Of a stretch of DNA of 64,000 nt, positions 63,604 through 64,000 are shown piece after piece. The DNA comes from Tubulanus polymorphus (lineage: Eukaryota > Animalia > Nemertea): assembly GCF_964204645.1 (NCBI RefSeq), contig NC_134025.1:12648001-12712000 (forward strand), given 5' to 3'. Each line of letters starts with the position of its first letter. Position 1 is the first letter of the stretch. A model generated the notes under the pieces. The model was not told where the DNA came from, made no database searches, and worked only from the letters and a program-made list of their open reading frames with translations. The translations under genes and the position numbers were made by a program.

Positions 63604-63722
63604 GGCTATTCGTACAGACACGTACGAATAATTCCGTAGGCTATTTGTACGCGCCCGTATGAATAATTCCGTAGGCTATTCGTACGCACCCGTACGGATT
63701 ACTGTGGAATTATTCGTACGGT
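63604..63722. repeat. ~34-bp tandem repeats of palindromic units
   Basis: GGCTATTCGTAC-N5-GTACGAATAATTCCGTA occurs about 3 times. Confidence 0.75.
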
Positions 63723-63756
63723 CAGGCTAGTCAAAACATTCGGCTGACTGTCAGTG

Positions 63757-63830
63757 AGCTCAGTGGTCTAGTGGTATGATGCTGTGCTAGTTATTTACTG
63801 GCCCAGGTTCGAGTCTCGCTTGATCCACTC
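63757..63830 (+). other. tRNA-like (A/B-box) sequence, pseudo-tRNA or SINE head
   Basis: TGGTCTAGTGG (A box) and GGTTCGAGTC (B box); acceptor and anticodon stems pair poorly. Confidence 0.5.
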
Positions 63831-64000
63831 TATTGTTCTCTAACTATATTCTCCACACTTTCCTTGAATGGCGGGCGTTTATCGGCCAATCAGCGACAGT
63901 TATTAGCGTACAGATCCTTCACCCAGCACTGGCAGTGGTTGTCTCCACCAGTGATCTCCGTCGCTCTACGATCCTAGTGTAACCAATCCTGTGGTACATC

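Noticed and set aside
63757-63830. Functional tRNA gene
   Set aside because: A and B boxes are present but the cloverleaf stems do not pair convincingly.

Overview
AT-rich animal genomic DNA (short GT-AG introns, metazoan transposon families) made almost entirely of nested and decayed transposable elements, with no conserved host housekeeping gene. (1) 1.5-23.2 kb: a spliced minus-strand gene for an AAA+/helicase-like P-loop NTPase with tandemly amplified 60-nt exons. It is split by a Sola1-type transposon (2207-20270, TSD AATT), which holds an EnSpm/CACTA-type element (2359-17182, TSD TA), which holds a Gypsy LTR element (4720-9236, TSD AGTCT). A 2545-bp tandem duplication in the EnSpm element creates an in-frame SAM-ORF/transposase chimera. 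(2) 23.8-33.8 kb: Helentron-associated (HINE) repeats plus fragments of MULE-NOF, Chapaev, ISL2EU (+YqaJ) and Harbinger (+MADF). (3) 33.8-41.3 kb: a MULE-like MITE whose TIR is interrupted by a 6.3-kb non-coding element with ~400-bp TIRs. (4) 41.3-53.1 kb: two hAT elements (one with a 6-bp TSD) and a 29/30-bp satellite. (5) 53.3-64 kb, the best candidate for a new system: an HMGXB3-like KDZ/Zisupton transposase gene fused to a Josephin (ataxin-3-like) deubiquitinase domain and followed by two PHD fingers, head-to-head with a USP-family deubiquitinase gene. All family calls come from motif recognition by eye; no database search was run.
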